41,286 nucleotides of DNA, from IMG/VR virus record IMGVR_UViG_2565956711_000007, one strand, 5' to 3'. A model generated the notes under the pieces. That model was not told the origin of the DNA and ran no database searches. It saw only the letters and a program-made list of their open reading frames with translations. A program made the position numbers and the translations under genes. Each line of letters opens with the position of its first letter. Position 1 is the stretch's first letter. Origin of the DNA: a virus (Duplodnaviria; Heunggongvirae; Uroviricota; Caudoviricetes). Below are positions 8,804-16,543 of this stretch, one piece after another.

Positions 8804-9772
8804 TTAGTAGGTTATTTTTGTTGCGAATACTTCGCCTTTTACGATGGCTGTTATGATATTTTTAGCAACATCTTCTGATGCGCCAACCTTGATAAGGTCA
8901 GCAAGTATTTTGTTATTTACTTCTTTCCGGTGAGCTTTATCCTTTGCTCTACGCTCTTCTTCTTCCTTGATTCTTTTTTCTTCTGCTATTCTGGCTTGCT
9001 CTTTTGCTTCAGCCTCGCGCCGGATTCGTTCAGCCTCCTCCTGTGCTTTTCTGCGTTCTGCTTCAATTGCTGCCTGCTTTTCTCTTTCAGCTCGTTCTGC
9101 TGCCTCTTTTGCTTCGCGCTGTGCTCGTTGCTCGGCTTCAATGCGTTCACGCTCTGCACGTTCCGCTGCGGCCTTAGCTTCTGCTTCTCGCCTTGCTGCT
9201 GCTTCAATTTCGGCTTTTGCCTTTGCTTCGGCTTCAGCTCTGGCTTTCTCTTCAGCTTCTCTTTTTAAGCGTTCTTCATGCTCTCGCTTTTCCTGCTCCG
9301 CTTTGAGTCTTGCCTCTTCTCTTTGGCGGTCAAATTCGCGATCCATCAAAATCGCTATTTCATGGTCAGACTCAATTTGCTTTGCGAGAGCTTCAGCTGC
9401 TGACTTAGCTTCTTCTTCGGCTTTAATCCGTGCCTGTTCCTCCTCATAATCAGTAAGAGGCTGGCGCGCCTTGGCTTTCAGTTCATCAAGGCGATCACGC
9501 ACTGTCTTGCGGTTAGCATCAATTAGCTTTGGAATTTCCTTCAGTTCAGCAACAAGGTCTTTGCCAAGACCATCGAGATATGTTTTCGTCTGCGCAACTT
9601 TATACGCCAGAGAAGCGATCTCCTTTCTGCCCTTTGCCGTTGTGATATCAGGCACAAAGGACATAACTTCACGTTCAACCTTTTGGAGAATTTCTTCAAT
9701 CTGGTCGGCAGACTGAAATACAGTCATTGCATTTGCTTTTTCAATAACAACTAAATCTGTTACTTCACTCAT
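8804..9772 (-). CDS. Hypothetical protein with long E/R/K/A-rich charged helix (single-alpha-helix or coiled-coil like)
   Basis: 322 aa from ATG 9772 (GGAGG 4 nt upstream); about 150-residue low-complexity EAERAEREKQAA-type segment between structured N- and C-terminal parts. Confidence 0.65.
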   Translation of the reverse strand: MSEVTDLVVIEKANAMTVFQSADQIEEILQKVEREVMSFVPDITTAKGRKEIASLAYKVAQTKTYLDGLGKDLVAELKEIPKLIDANRKTVRDRLDELKAKARQPLTDYEEEQARIKAEEEAKSAAEALAKQIESDHEIAILMDREFDRQREEARLKAEQEKREHEERLKREAEEKARAEAEAKAKAEIEAAARREAEAKAAAERAERERIEAEQRAQREAKEAAERAEREKQAAIEAERRKAQEEAERIRREAEAKEQARIAEEKRIKEEEERRAKDKAHRKEVNNKILADLIKVGASEDVAKNIITAIVKGEVFATKITY

Positions 9773-9784
9773 ATATCCTCCATC

Positions 9785-9811
9785 AAAAAAAATTGCCCTC
9801 ACACTGGAGGG
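9785..9811 (-). terminator. Rho-independent terminator (tL1-like) on leftward operon
   Basis: Stem GCCCTC / GAGGGC, 6-nt loop, followed by 7-U run on minus strand; sits just upstream of the SD of the following gene. Confidence 0.65.
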
Positions 9812-9916
9812 CAAAGAAGATTTCCAATAATCAGAACAAGTCGGCTCCTGTTTAGTTACGAGCGACATTGCTCCGTGTATTCACTCGTTGGAATGAATAC
9901 ACGGTGCTTATTCATA

Positions 9917-10387
9917 CTAATAAAACACCCAATTTTCTGTTTCTTTGTTGTGTCCAAAGTTATATTCAATATCTGGTGTTGATGTATCAATATTCTTCAT
10001 CCCATCAACAAGAGTTGATACAACAGCCAAATCTTGTTTGATTCTCATCAAATGGTATTTCTTCCGGCGCAATAAACTTTCAATGGCAAGTTTCTTCGTC
10101 GGGAACGCAAAAGATCTTTCTGCATTTTTTGCTACTTTCTTAATTGCATATCTATTTCTCCTTTGTTTCCATTCCTGTAACCACTGATTTGGTGCTGGTT
10201 TAAAATTAACAATCCAATGCGCAGGAACCAACCATGCATAATGCTCTGTCTGATGAAAAGCTATATATTGAAGTGCGAATATTTTGATTCCATCTTCTTC
10301 AACTGTCGCTTGGAATCTCCAGAAAACAGGCATTCCATCATGTTCAGTTTCTGATTCAGGAAAAGGTACGCTCCATGATTTTGTCAT
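9917..10387 (-). CDS. Hypothetical protein (156 aa), AT-rich, Trp-rich
   Basis: Intact ORF immediately following the upstream stop; visibly lower GC than flanks. Confidence 0.55.
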   Translation of the reverse strand: MTKSWSVPFPESETEHDGMPVFWRFQATVEEDGIKIFALQYIAFHQTEHYAWLVPAHWIVNFKPAPNQWLQEWKQRRNRYAIKKVAKNAERSFAFPTKKLAIESLLRRKKYHLMRIKQDLAVVSTLVDGMKNIDTSTPDIEYNFGHNKETENWVFY

Positions 10388-10390
10388 ATA

Positions 10391-10642
10391 TTACTCATCT
10401 CCAATGGCTTTGCTGATTGCTGACAGTGCTTTCGATACTTCATCAGGATAATGGTCATCCCAGTTTTGCTTGTATGCCTTGTTTAGCATCGCTTGCAGAG
10501 CTTCGAGCAAATCAGGAGCTGCCTCCATCAATCTCACATCACCTCGATGGATGGTTGTATCGTCAAACGTGAAATAAACCCCATCATCGTTAAATCCAGC
10601 GCCAACAACATTCCATGGCCTTTTCATTCTTCCTACTGTCAT
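10391..10642 (-). CDS. Hypothetical protein (83 aa)
   Basis: GAGGTGA 4 nt upstream of ATG 10642. Confidence 0.5.
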   Translation of the reverse strand: MTVGRMKRPWNVVGAGFNDDGVYFTFDDTTIHRGDVRLMEAAPDLLEALQAMLNKAYKQNWDDHYPDEVSKALSAISKAIGDE

Positions 10643-10674
10643 TATTCACCTCTGTTGTTTATGCCAAAGCAAAT

Positions 10675-10917
10675 TTAACCATCAACAAACTCTTCTGGTA
10701 ATTTATCAACCAGTTGATGACTTATTATCAGCCATTTGCCATCCTTCGTTTCGTATGCATATTTCTGGTCTTTTATCATCATGTGTTCGGCTACTGCCCT
10801 AACTGCCTGATCGGTGACATCTTCTCTCTTTCCTACCCACATTCCTTTTTCAGTGTTTAATGTTCCTTGAAAAATACGACCACTTAATGGGCTTGCGCCC
10901 ATAGTTTTTACTCTCAT
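10675..10917 (-). CDS. Hypothetical protein (80 aa)
   Basis: GAGG 8 nt upstream of ATG 10917. Confidence 0.5.
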   Translation of the reverse strand: MRVKTMGASPLSGRIFQGTLNTEKGMWVGKREDVTDQAVRAVAEHMMIKDQKYAYETKDGKWLIISHQLVDKLPEEFVDG

Positions 10918-10981
10918 GTATCAGTCCTCAAATAAGTGGTTTGCTGCCAAAACAATGAACCATCCGGAAATTCCAGATAGT

Positions 10982-11206
10982 TCATAATTCACTCTTCAAT
11001 ACTTCCAGCTTACTAATCGCCGAAAGATATCCGCGCTGATAGGGCATCATCATTCCTTCGAGCTTGCCACTTCTTAACTCCTCCCTGAGCAATTGTATTG
11101 CTTGATCAATAACCTCTGCCTTAGCGTCCTTTATGGCTTGCTTTCGGGGCTTTGCTTTCTGCTTTGGCAGATTTCTCAAGCATGATGGAATGTATGTCTG
11201 ATTCAT
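10982..11206 (-). CDS. Hypothetical protein (74 aa), basic N-terminus
   Basis: ATG 11206 with GAGG 6 nt upstream, directly after N stop. Confidence 0.5.
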   Translation of the reverse strand: MNQTYIPSCLRNLPKQKAKPRKQAIKDAKAEVIDQAIQLLREELRSGKLEGMMMPYQRGYLSAISKLEVLKSEL

Positions 11207-11209
11207 CAC

Positions 11210-11593
11210 TTACCTCGCCGTCAGTTGTTTTGATTTCCGGTAGCCTGCCGCGTAAATGGCTACGTTTGGAAGACATACACCAGTTTCTGGTTGCTTATGT
11301 CCAAACTCATTCGCGTACACAATGGCCGCTCGCTCCAGATTGCGTCTGTATTCTTTCTGTTGCCAGATCACGTCCTGTGCCATGAACTTAATTGGCTTAG
11401 CGTCTTCTATGCGCTCAGGCGTTTCGTGAGTACCTTTAGCCTGAATCTGCGCTCTGCTTAGAGTAGGGCGGTGTAATACTTCTGAACTTATTGCTTCTTC
11501 GCGGGCCAGTACGCCGTTAGCTAATGCCTTTGCCTTTAAACGCTCACGACGACGAGAACGTGAATTGCCTTTGAACTGAGTTCTGCGTGTCAT
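11210..11593 (-). CDS. N: Antitermination protein N (P22/phi21-like type)
   Basis: 127 aa; N-terminal arginine-rich motif SRSRRRERLKAKA; AGGAGG 5 nt upstream; preceded by P22-type nutL boxB. Confidence 0.8.
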   Translation of the reverse strand: MTRRTQFKGNSRSRRRERLKAKALANGVLAREEAISSEVLHRPTLSRAQIQAKGTHETPERIEDAKPIKFMAQDVIWQQKEYRRNLERAAIVYANEFGHKQPETGVCLPNVAIYAAGYRKSKQLTAR

Positions 11594-11854
11594 ATAGACC
11601 TCCTGATGAACTTTGGTGGTGTGGTGGCTGGTAGTCTAGCTCCAGCTTGTTGAGTCTCATTCGGAGGGGTATAACCGGCACCCCAGTGATTTTTCCATGC
11701 GACAACGTGCGCGTTATGGCGGCCTTATCGCCCGCGGCTCCCCATCTCGTCCACGCTATTGCTAGCGTTGGGAGCGCTTCACCGCTCAACAGTAGGTAAG
11801 CACTTGCCAGTGACTAGCTGGCTTCACCACACCCCAAAGTTCACTTTGGTTATT

Positions 11855-11869
11855 GCGCTTTGTCAGCGC
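11855..11869 (-). promoter_or_regulatory. nutL boxB hairpin (P22 type)
   Basis: Minus-strand GCGCTGACAAAGCGC, identical to the P22 nutL boxB sequence as I recall it; no canonical boxA found upstream. Confidence 0.7.
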
Positions 11870-11937
11870 CGTAGATTCATATTCGAATCGTTGTATATTC
11901 ACCGCCCTGGTGAGTAATGCGTCCTGCTGATGGCTTA

Positions 11938-12023
11938 AAGATAACTTAGGTTATAGGTGTGGTCAATAACCTAATTTATATTTTATGGTAAATAAGTTAT
12001 AAGTGATGGATAACAAAGGTATT
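11938..12023 (-). promoter_or_regulatory. pL promoter with OL operators
   Basis: Minus strand -35 TTGACC (11961-11966), 17-nt spacer, -10 TATCTT (11938-11943); operator-like ATAAC-N4-GTTAT at 11941-11954, degenerate copies at 11966-11979 and 12010-12023. Confidence 0.55.
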
Positions 12024-12152
12024 TTATTTTTGTAAATGTTGCTGATTGATTGGTGTTTGAGGGCTTGCGTGCGGGGTGAAGGTGTTACCTTTGGCTTGAT
12101 GCTTGTCTATGATGAGGATGGTTGATTGGGTGGTGAACGGCAGGAAAAGAAA

Positions 12153-12178
12153 ACCCGGCGCTGAGGCCGGGTGTTTTT
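12153..12178. terminator. Bidirectional rho-independent terminator ending the cI operon
   Basis: Stem ACCCGGC / GCCGGGT with 6-nt loop, T-runs on both sides; overlaps stop codon of the 98-aa ORF. Confidence 0.7.
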
Positions 12179-12473
12179 AGTCTTTTCTTTTGCTTAGCAT
12201 TTCGTCGATTTCTAAGTCAATACGATATTGATCTATTGCTTTTCTCTCGTTTGGGGTTGGTATTTTATACTGTTCAATTAGATCTGTTGTGTATTTTATT
12301 TCATCTAATGTTATTTTTATATCAGAGAGAATCTCTTTTATATCAATTATATGCTCTTCTTCTTTTGCGCGATTAGAGCTATGTTCAATCATTTGAGATA
12401 GCTTTTTGCTAATGCTTAGCAAAACAAAAAGAATGATGACCAAAACAACAACAAAAACTATCAGAAATTCCAT
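12177..12473 (-). CDS. Hypothetical small membrane protein in the rexAB slot, co-transcribed with cI
   Basis: 98 aa; N-terminal TM helix EFLIVFVVVLVIILFVLLSI then charged helical tail; GGAGGG RBS; 40 nt downstream of cI on same strand; strikingly AT-rich. Confidence 0.7.
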   Translation of the reverse strand: MEFLIVFVVVLVIILFVLLSISKKLSQMIEHSSNRAKEEEHIIDIKEILSDIKITLDEIKYTTDLIEQYKIPTPNERKAIDQYRIDLEIDEMLSKRKD

Positions 12474-12513
12474 TATCCCTCCGCACTTCCGTAAGTCTTC
12501 TTCTGATTATCGG

Positions 12514-13221
12514 TTACCAACTATGAGACGACCAGAATACTCTGCCAATAATCCTTACGGTTTCATGAAATTCATCTCTATCCATTACTTCATCCGGGTA
12601 CTCTTCGCGATTTATTGATCTGATTATCACCGATGTAGGGGTGGCGATTAATGTTTTTACTCGTAACAAATCAGACTGGCAAATAGCGTAGGTTTTACCA
12701 TCTCTGATTGTGGTATCTTGCGTGTTAACACCAACAACATCGCCATCGTGAAGGGTTGGTTCCATGCTTTGCCCTACAACCCTAACTAGCTTGGCTGATC
12801 TTTCAGATACTCCCATCTTTTTCAGATAGTGCTTTCTGAAAACCAAAGAGAACTCCGATGATTCCTCTAGCTCGCAGCTACCGCTTCCAGCTGAAAGCGA
12901 AACGTTAAGAAGAGGCAACGCAACAAACTCGTCATCGTTTCTTTTAATGTCTTCCCATACCACAGCTTTTAAAGATGACTCACGGACATTGGATGGTTCT
13001 TCATGTGCACCATCCCTCATTTCACCAATACCAGAACTAAGCCATTCAGGACGCACTTTTAAAGCATTGGCTAATTCAACCATCTTGCGAGATCCGTTTG
13101 TTTTACCGGACGACATCTTCTGTATGGCTGGCTGAGATATTCCAACCATGTCAGCAAGCTGTGATTGTGATACCCCTGCTGAGCTCATGGCTGCATTTAG
13201 TCTTTCTGCGAATGTTTTCAT
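12514..13221 (-). CDS. cI: CI-type prophage repressor (HTH plus S24 LexA-like autopeptidase domain)
   Basis: 235 aa from ATG 13221 (likely leaderless); HTH QSQLADMVGISQPAIQKM; S24 motif GQSMEPTLHDGDVVGVN; not the lambda cI sequence. Confidence 0.88.
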   Translation of the reverse strand: MKTFAERLNAAMSSAGVSQSQLADMVGISQPAIQKMSSGKTNGSRKMVELANALKVRPEWLSSGIGEMRDGAHEEPSNVRESSLKAVVWEDIKRNDDEFVALPLLNVSLSAGSGSCELEESSEFSLVFRKHYLKKMGVSERSAKLVRVVGQSMEPTLHDGDVVGVNTQDTTIRDGKTYAICQSDLLRVKTLIATPTSVIIRSINREEYPDEVMDRDEFHETVRIIGRVFWSSHSW

Positions 13222-13311
13222 ACCCACAAATCTATAACTACGGTTATCCAAAGTAAAATAACAAAGGTTATTGCTATTTTTTATAACTTGAGTTATCTTT
13301 GGTTATAACTA
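13222..13311. promoter_or_regulatory. OR region: divergent pRM and pR with three operators
   Basis: ATAAC-N4-GTTAT at 13234-13247, 13258-13271, 13283-13296; pR -35 TTGCTA (13271-13276) and -10 TATCTT (13294-13299); pRM -10 TAGATT 7 nt before the cI ATG. Confidence 0.65.
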
Positions 13312-13332
13312 ATGACCACAAGAGGTATGCTC

Positions 13333-13557
13333 ATGAATTTAGTAATTCAACGAGCCTTGAAAATTGTCGGTAGCCAAAAGCGCCTTGCCGACAAGTGTGG
13401 TGTAACGCAGCCAGCAGTACACAAATGGCTGAAAGGCGGGTTGGTCTCTCCAGAGAAAGTTACCGCCATCGTTAACGCCACTGGAGGGCAGATCAAGGCT
13501 TACGAAATTCGCCCCGATTTGCCACACCTGTTTCCAAAACCGAATCAGGCAGCATAA
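13333..13557 (+). CDS. cro: Cro-like repressor (HTH)
   Basis: 74 aa from ATG 13333 with GAGG 8 nt upstream; divergent from cI across the operators. Confidence 0.75.
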   Translation: MNLVIQRALKIVGSQKRLADKCGVTQPAVHKWLKGGLVSPEKVTAIVNATGGQIKAYEIRPDLPHLFPKPNQAA

Positions 13558-13564
13558 GTAACAC

Positions 13565-13610
13565 CGCTCTTTTCACAATGGACATTCGTCCTACGTCGCT
13601 GACAAAGCGA
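13565..13610 (+). promoter_or_regulatory. nutR (boxA-like CGCTCTTT and boxB hairpin)
   Basis: CGCTCTTT at 13565-13572; boxB TCGCTGACAAAGCGA at 13596-13610 with the same GACAA loop as nutL. Confidence 0.65.
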
Positions 13611-13695
13611 GTCCCAATATATCTGACCAACTAAGGCCATATGCGTTTCCACGCATACCTTTCAGCTAAATATTCACTATTGGAAATATTAAGAA

Positions 13696-13992
13696 ATGAC
13701 ACAAGCAAGTTACAGCAAGCCAACACAGCGAGAAATTGATCGCGCTGAAACTGATTTACTCATCAACCTGTCAACGCTTACCCAGCGCGGTCTGGCAAAG
13801 ATGATTGGCTGTCATGAATCGAAGATAAGCAGAACGGACTGGAGATTTATTGCTTCGGTCTTGTGTGCTTTCGGAATGGCATCAGACATCAGTCCGATTA
13901 GCAGGGCTTTTAAGTATGCGCTTGATGAAATCACAAAGAAAAAATCCCCGGCCGCCACCGAGGATTTTAAGCAAATTGATATGCAATTCTGA
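13696..13992 (+). CDS. cII: CII-like transcriptional activator
   Basis: 98 aa; C-terminus KKKSPAATEDFKQIDMQF resembles recalled lambda CII end KKRPAATERSEQIQMEF; HTH in middle. Confidence 0.8.
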   Translation: MTQASYSKPTQREIDRAETDLLINLSTLTQRGLAKMIGCHESKISRTDWRFIASVLCAFGMASDISPISRAFKYALDEITKKKSPAATEDFKQIDMQF

Positions 13993-14024
13993 GGTCATTA
14001 CTGGATCAATCCACAGGAGTCATT

Positions 14025-14870
14025 ATGACAAATACAGCAAAAATACTCAACTTCGGCAGAGGTAACTTTGCCGAACAGGAGCTAAGAGTGGCTGATATCG
14101 ATGATGGTTACACCAGATTCGCTAACGAGCTGCTGGAAGCTATCGCAAGTGCCGATTTAACCGCTCGCCAGTTGAAAGTTATGCTGGCCTACGTCCGGAA
14201 AACATATGGCTTCAATAAGAAAACAGATCGAATAGCCGATGAGCAAATTGCTCAGTTAACAGGACTGTCAAGGCAGAATGTTAACAAGGCTAAAAAAGAA
14301 CTGATTTCAATGAATTGCCTGTTTATGGATGGAAATCAAATCGGTGTAAACAGGGAGGTATCTGCGTGGCAATTCAGCAAGTGTCTCCAAGTTAGCAACT
14401 TTGTCTCGAAGTTAGAGACAAAAAATGTCTCCAAATTAGAGACACTCAATGTCTCGAAGTTAGAGACACACAAAAGACATTCTTTAAAGACAAAAGAAAA
14501 TATTAATAAACCCCCTATATCCCCCAAAAAAATTTCTCAGAAGTTCGACCCGCTAGAAACAGAGTTGCCTGATTGGTTATCGGCAGAAACATGGTTGTCG
14601 TGGGTTACCTATCGCAAGGAGATAGGTAAGTCGATCAAGTCTAAGCAAAGCGTCACTCAGGCTATCAACGTTCTAAGCAGAAGTCTGGAGAAGGGATATA
14701 CACCTGAAGAAATTATAAACCAGAGCATCGCCAGTGGTTGGCAGGGGATTTTTGAACCCAAGACTCCAAAGGGGAAATCTCAACCTAGGCCGCAGCAGCG
14801 AGCTATGCAGGAAAACTTTGCCGCCAAAGATTACGGGCAAACTGAAATGCCTTCATGGGCGCAGGAGTGA
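14025..14870 (+). CDS. O: Replication initiator O
   Basis: 281 aa; N-terminus MTNTAKILNFGRGNFAEQE close to recalled lambda O; origin iterons inside the gene. Confidence 0.9.
   Translation: MTNTAKILNFGRGNFAEQELRVADIDDGYTRFANELLEAIASADLTARQLKVMLAYVRKTYGFNKKTDRIADEQIAQLTGLSRQNVNKAKKELISMNCLFMDGNQIGVNREVSAWQFSKCLQVSNFVSKLETKNVSKLETLNVSKLETHKRHSLKTKENINKPPISPKKISQKFDPLETELPDWLSAETWLSWVTYRKEIGKSIKSKQSVTQAINVLSRSLEKGYTPEEIINQSIASGWQGIFEPKTPKGKSQPRPQQRAMQENFAAKDYGQTEMPSWAQE
14381..14535. repeat. Replication origin: four about 20-bp palindromic iterons plus AT-rich region
   Basis: Iterons around TGTCTCGAAGTTAGAGACA at 14381-14400, 14401-14420, 14426-14445, 14450-14470, followed by AT-rich 14471-14535. 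Confidence 0.8.
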
Positions 14871-14872
14871 AC

Positions 14873-15718
14873 ATGACGCTGGATGAAAAGATCTCCCAAC
14901 TGGAGAAAAAACTTGCAGAATTGAGTTCTCCGCCAATTGCTATCGAGCATACAGCTGTAGAAATTGGCACTGGCATCTGTGAAAAACACGGTGAGTTTGA
15001 GCAGCGTAACCGTTACTCGACTGGGCCAATTAAGTTTGCCTCAAGACCTAGCGAATGCCCGGAATGCATGGGAGATGAGCTTATTCGGCTACAGGCAGAG
15101 AAGATTAAAATCGACGAGGAATCACGTAAACGAAATGTCGATTTTTTGTTGAATAATCTTGATATTCCTGAACGATTCAAGGGTTGCACACTACAGAACT
15201 ACGAGCCAGTCAACGACGATGCAAAGAGAGTGCTCAGGGTGTGTCAGGCATACGCCAGCAAATGGCCTGAGAGGTTACAGAAAGGCGGTGGGCTGGTTAT
15301 GTGTGGAAAGCCTGGTACTGGAAAGAATCATCTTGCACTGGCTATCGCCCGGCACGCAATTACGGAACATCAAAGCTCAGCTATTTTCACAACGGCGCTG
15401 AAAATTGCCAGAGAATATAAATCAACATGGTCGAAAAACTCCACCCGCACAGAGGATGAAGTGATCCTACAGTTCACTAAACCTGACCTGCTAATTATCG
15501 ATGAGGTTGGTGTGCAGTTTGGAAGCGAGGCGGAAAAGATGATCATGTTCGAAATCATCAACACCCGCTACGAGCGCATGAAGCCAACAATCCTGATTAG
15601 CAACCAGAGCAAAGATGAACTGTCTGCATTCATTGGTGAGCGTGTTATTGACAGAATGAATGATGGCGGCGGATGCACCCTTGCGTTTACATGGGATAGT
15701 TACAGGAGCAGATCGTGA
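14873..15718 (+). CDS. DnaC-like helicase loader (IstB/AAA+ ATPase) replication protein
   Basis: Walker A GKPGTGKN, Walker B LLIIDEVG; N-terminal Cys cluster; ATG 14873 with AGGAG 5 nt upstream, overlapping O stop. Confidence 0.85.
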   Translation: MTLDEKISQLEKKLAELSSPPIAIEHTAVEIGTGICEKHGEFEQRNRYSTGPIKFASRPSECPECMGDELIRLQAEKIKIDEESRKRNVDFLLNNLDIPERFKGCTLQNYEPVNDDAKRVLRVCQAYASKWPERLQKGGGLVMCGKPGTGKNHLALAIARHAITEHQSSAIFTTALKIAREYKSTWSKNSTRTEDEVILQFTKPDLLIIDEVGVQFGSEAEKMIMFEIINTRYERMKPTILISNQSKDELSAFIGERVIDRMNDGGGCTLAFTWDSYRSRS

Positions 15719-16005
15719 CTGGAAAAGAAATCATCCTGGAATATCTGAAAACTCATGAACAATTCTCCCCACATGAATTAGCACTGATCACCGGAATACC
15801 AAATAACAGAATCGCTCAAGCAGCAAGGCATATGGTGAAACAAGGACATTTGAGTGTTGTTGAGCGTAAGTGGAAGACGGTTATTTATGCAAAACGCAAA
15901 GTGAAGAAGGAGCCAATTAAAAGAAATCCAGATGGTACGGGGTGGGGATGTGCAAATCCAATGACGGCGTTTATTAATAGGGCGCTTATGGAGGTAAGGC
16001 AATGA
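15715..16005 (+). CDS. Hypothetical protein (possible winged-helix)
   Basis: 96 aa; GTG start overlapping the preceding stop, AGGAG upstream. Confidence 0.5.
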   Translation: MTGKEIILEYLKTHEQFSPHELALITGIPNNRIAQAARHMVKQGHLSVVERKWKTVIYAKRKVKKEPIKRNPDGTGWGCANPMTAFINRALMEVRQ

Positions 16006-16331
16006 CCATCTACATCACTGAGCTAATAACAGGGGCCACTTACACAGTGGCCTTTTTATTTGAGGATAGAGATATGCCAAAGAAATATGACATGTATGAC
16101 TTGAGACAAATTCTTGAAGAAATGCGCGCCTACAACCCAAAGGCAGATGAGTATGGTGGGAAACACATTATACCCGGCTGGGCTGATCGTATCGAAGTTG
16201 CACTGAATCGGATGAATGCTGGCACATGCCAAAGATGCAACGGAACCGGAATGGAAGATAGCGGCGGAGTCCAACCATGGGGCGAGCCAATTCTTATTGA
16301 GTGTCAGTGTTGCGGAGGGAATCAATCGTGA
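16002..16331 (+). CDS. Hypothetical Cys-rich protein (start 16002 or 16074)
   Basis: ATG 16002 has GGAGGT SD; alternative ATG 16074 has GAGGA SD and follows a terminator-like hairpin. Confidence 0.5.
   Translation: MTIYITELITGATYTVAFLFEDRDMPKKYDMYDLRQILEEMRAYNPKADEYGGKHIIPGWADRIEVALNRMNAGTCQRCNGTGMEDSGGVQPWGEPILIECQCCGGNQS
16034..16057 (+). terminator. Terminator-like hairpin (tR2-like position)
   Basis: GGCCACT / AGTGGCC stem, 5-nt loop, then TTTTT. Confidence 0.45.
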
Positions 16332-16543
16332 AAGTTAAAACAGCAGAGCTGAGCGAAAAGCAATCAAAACATCTTTTTGAGCAATGGTTTGAAAGAACAT
16401 TTCGTACGCACATTAAAGAAAGAGCGCTACCTGCGATTGAACAACGCAAGCTGATGACCATGGCATGGTTCGGGTGGAGTGAAAGAAGCCTGTTGGGCGA
16501 TGAGGTAGACATTCCCGATGAGCTGATGGAGGTGGGAGAGTGA
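16328..16543 (+). CDS. Hypothetical protein
   Basis: GTG 16328 overlaps previous stop (GTGA) with GGAGGG upstream. Confidence 0.45.
   Translation: MKVKTAELSEKQSKHLFEQWFERTFRTHIKERALPAIEQRKLMTMAWFGWSERSLLGDEVDIPDELMEVGE

Noticed and set aside
8930-9449. Plus-strand ORFs of 112 and 160 aa rich in Phe/Cys/Ser/Leu
   Set aside because: Antisense artefacts of the low-complexity GCTTC-rich tract that encodes the charged helix on the minus strand
11544-11789. 81-aa minus-strand ORF in the N leader
   Set aside because: Overlaps the N start and the nutL-to-N leader; no SD; the N frame with arginine-rich motif and AGGAGG is clearly the real gene
14381-14470. Short spaced repeats considered as a possible CRISPR array
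   Set aside because: Only four palindromic units with about 5-bp spacers, inside the O gene and followed by an AT-rich tract; these are origin iterons
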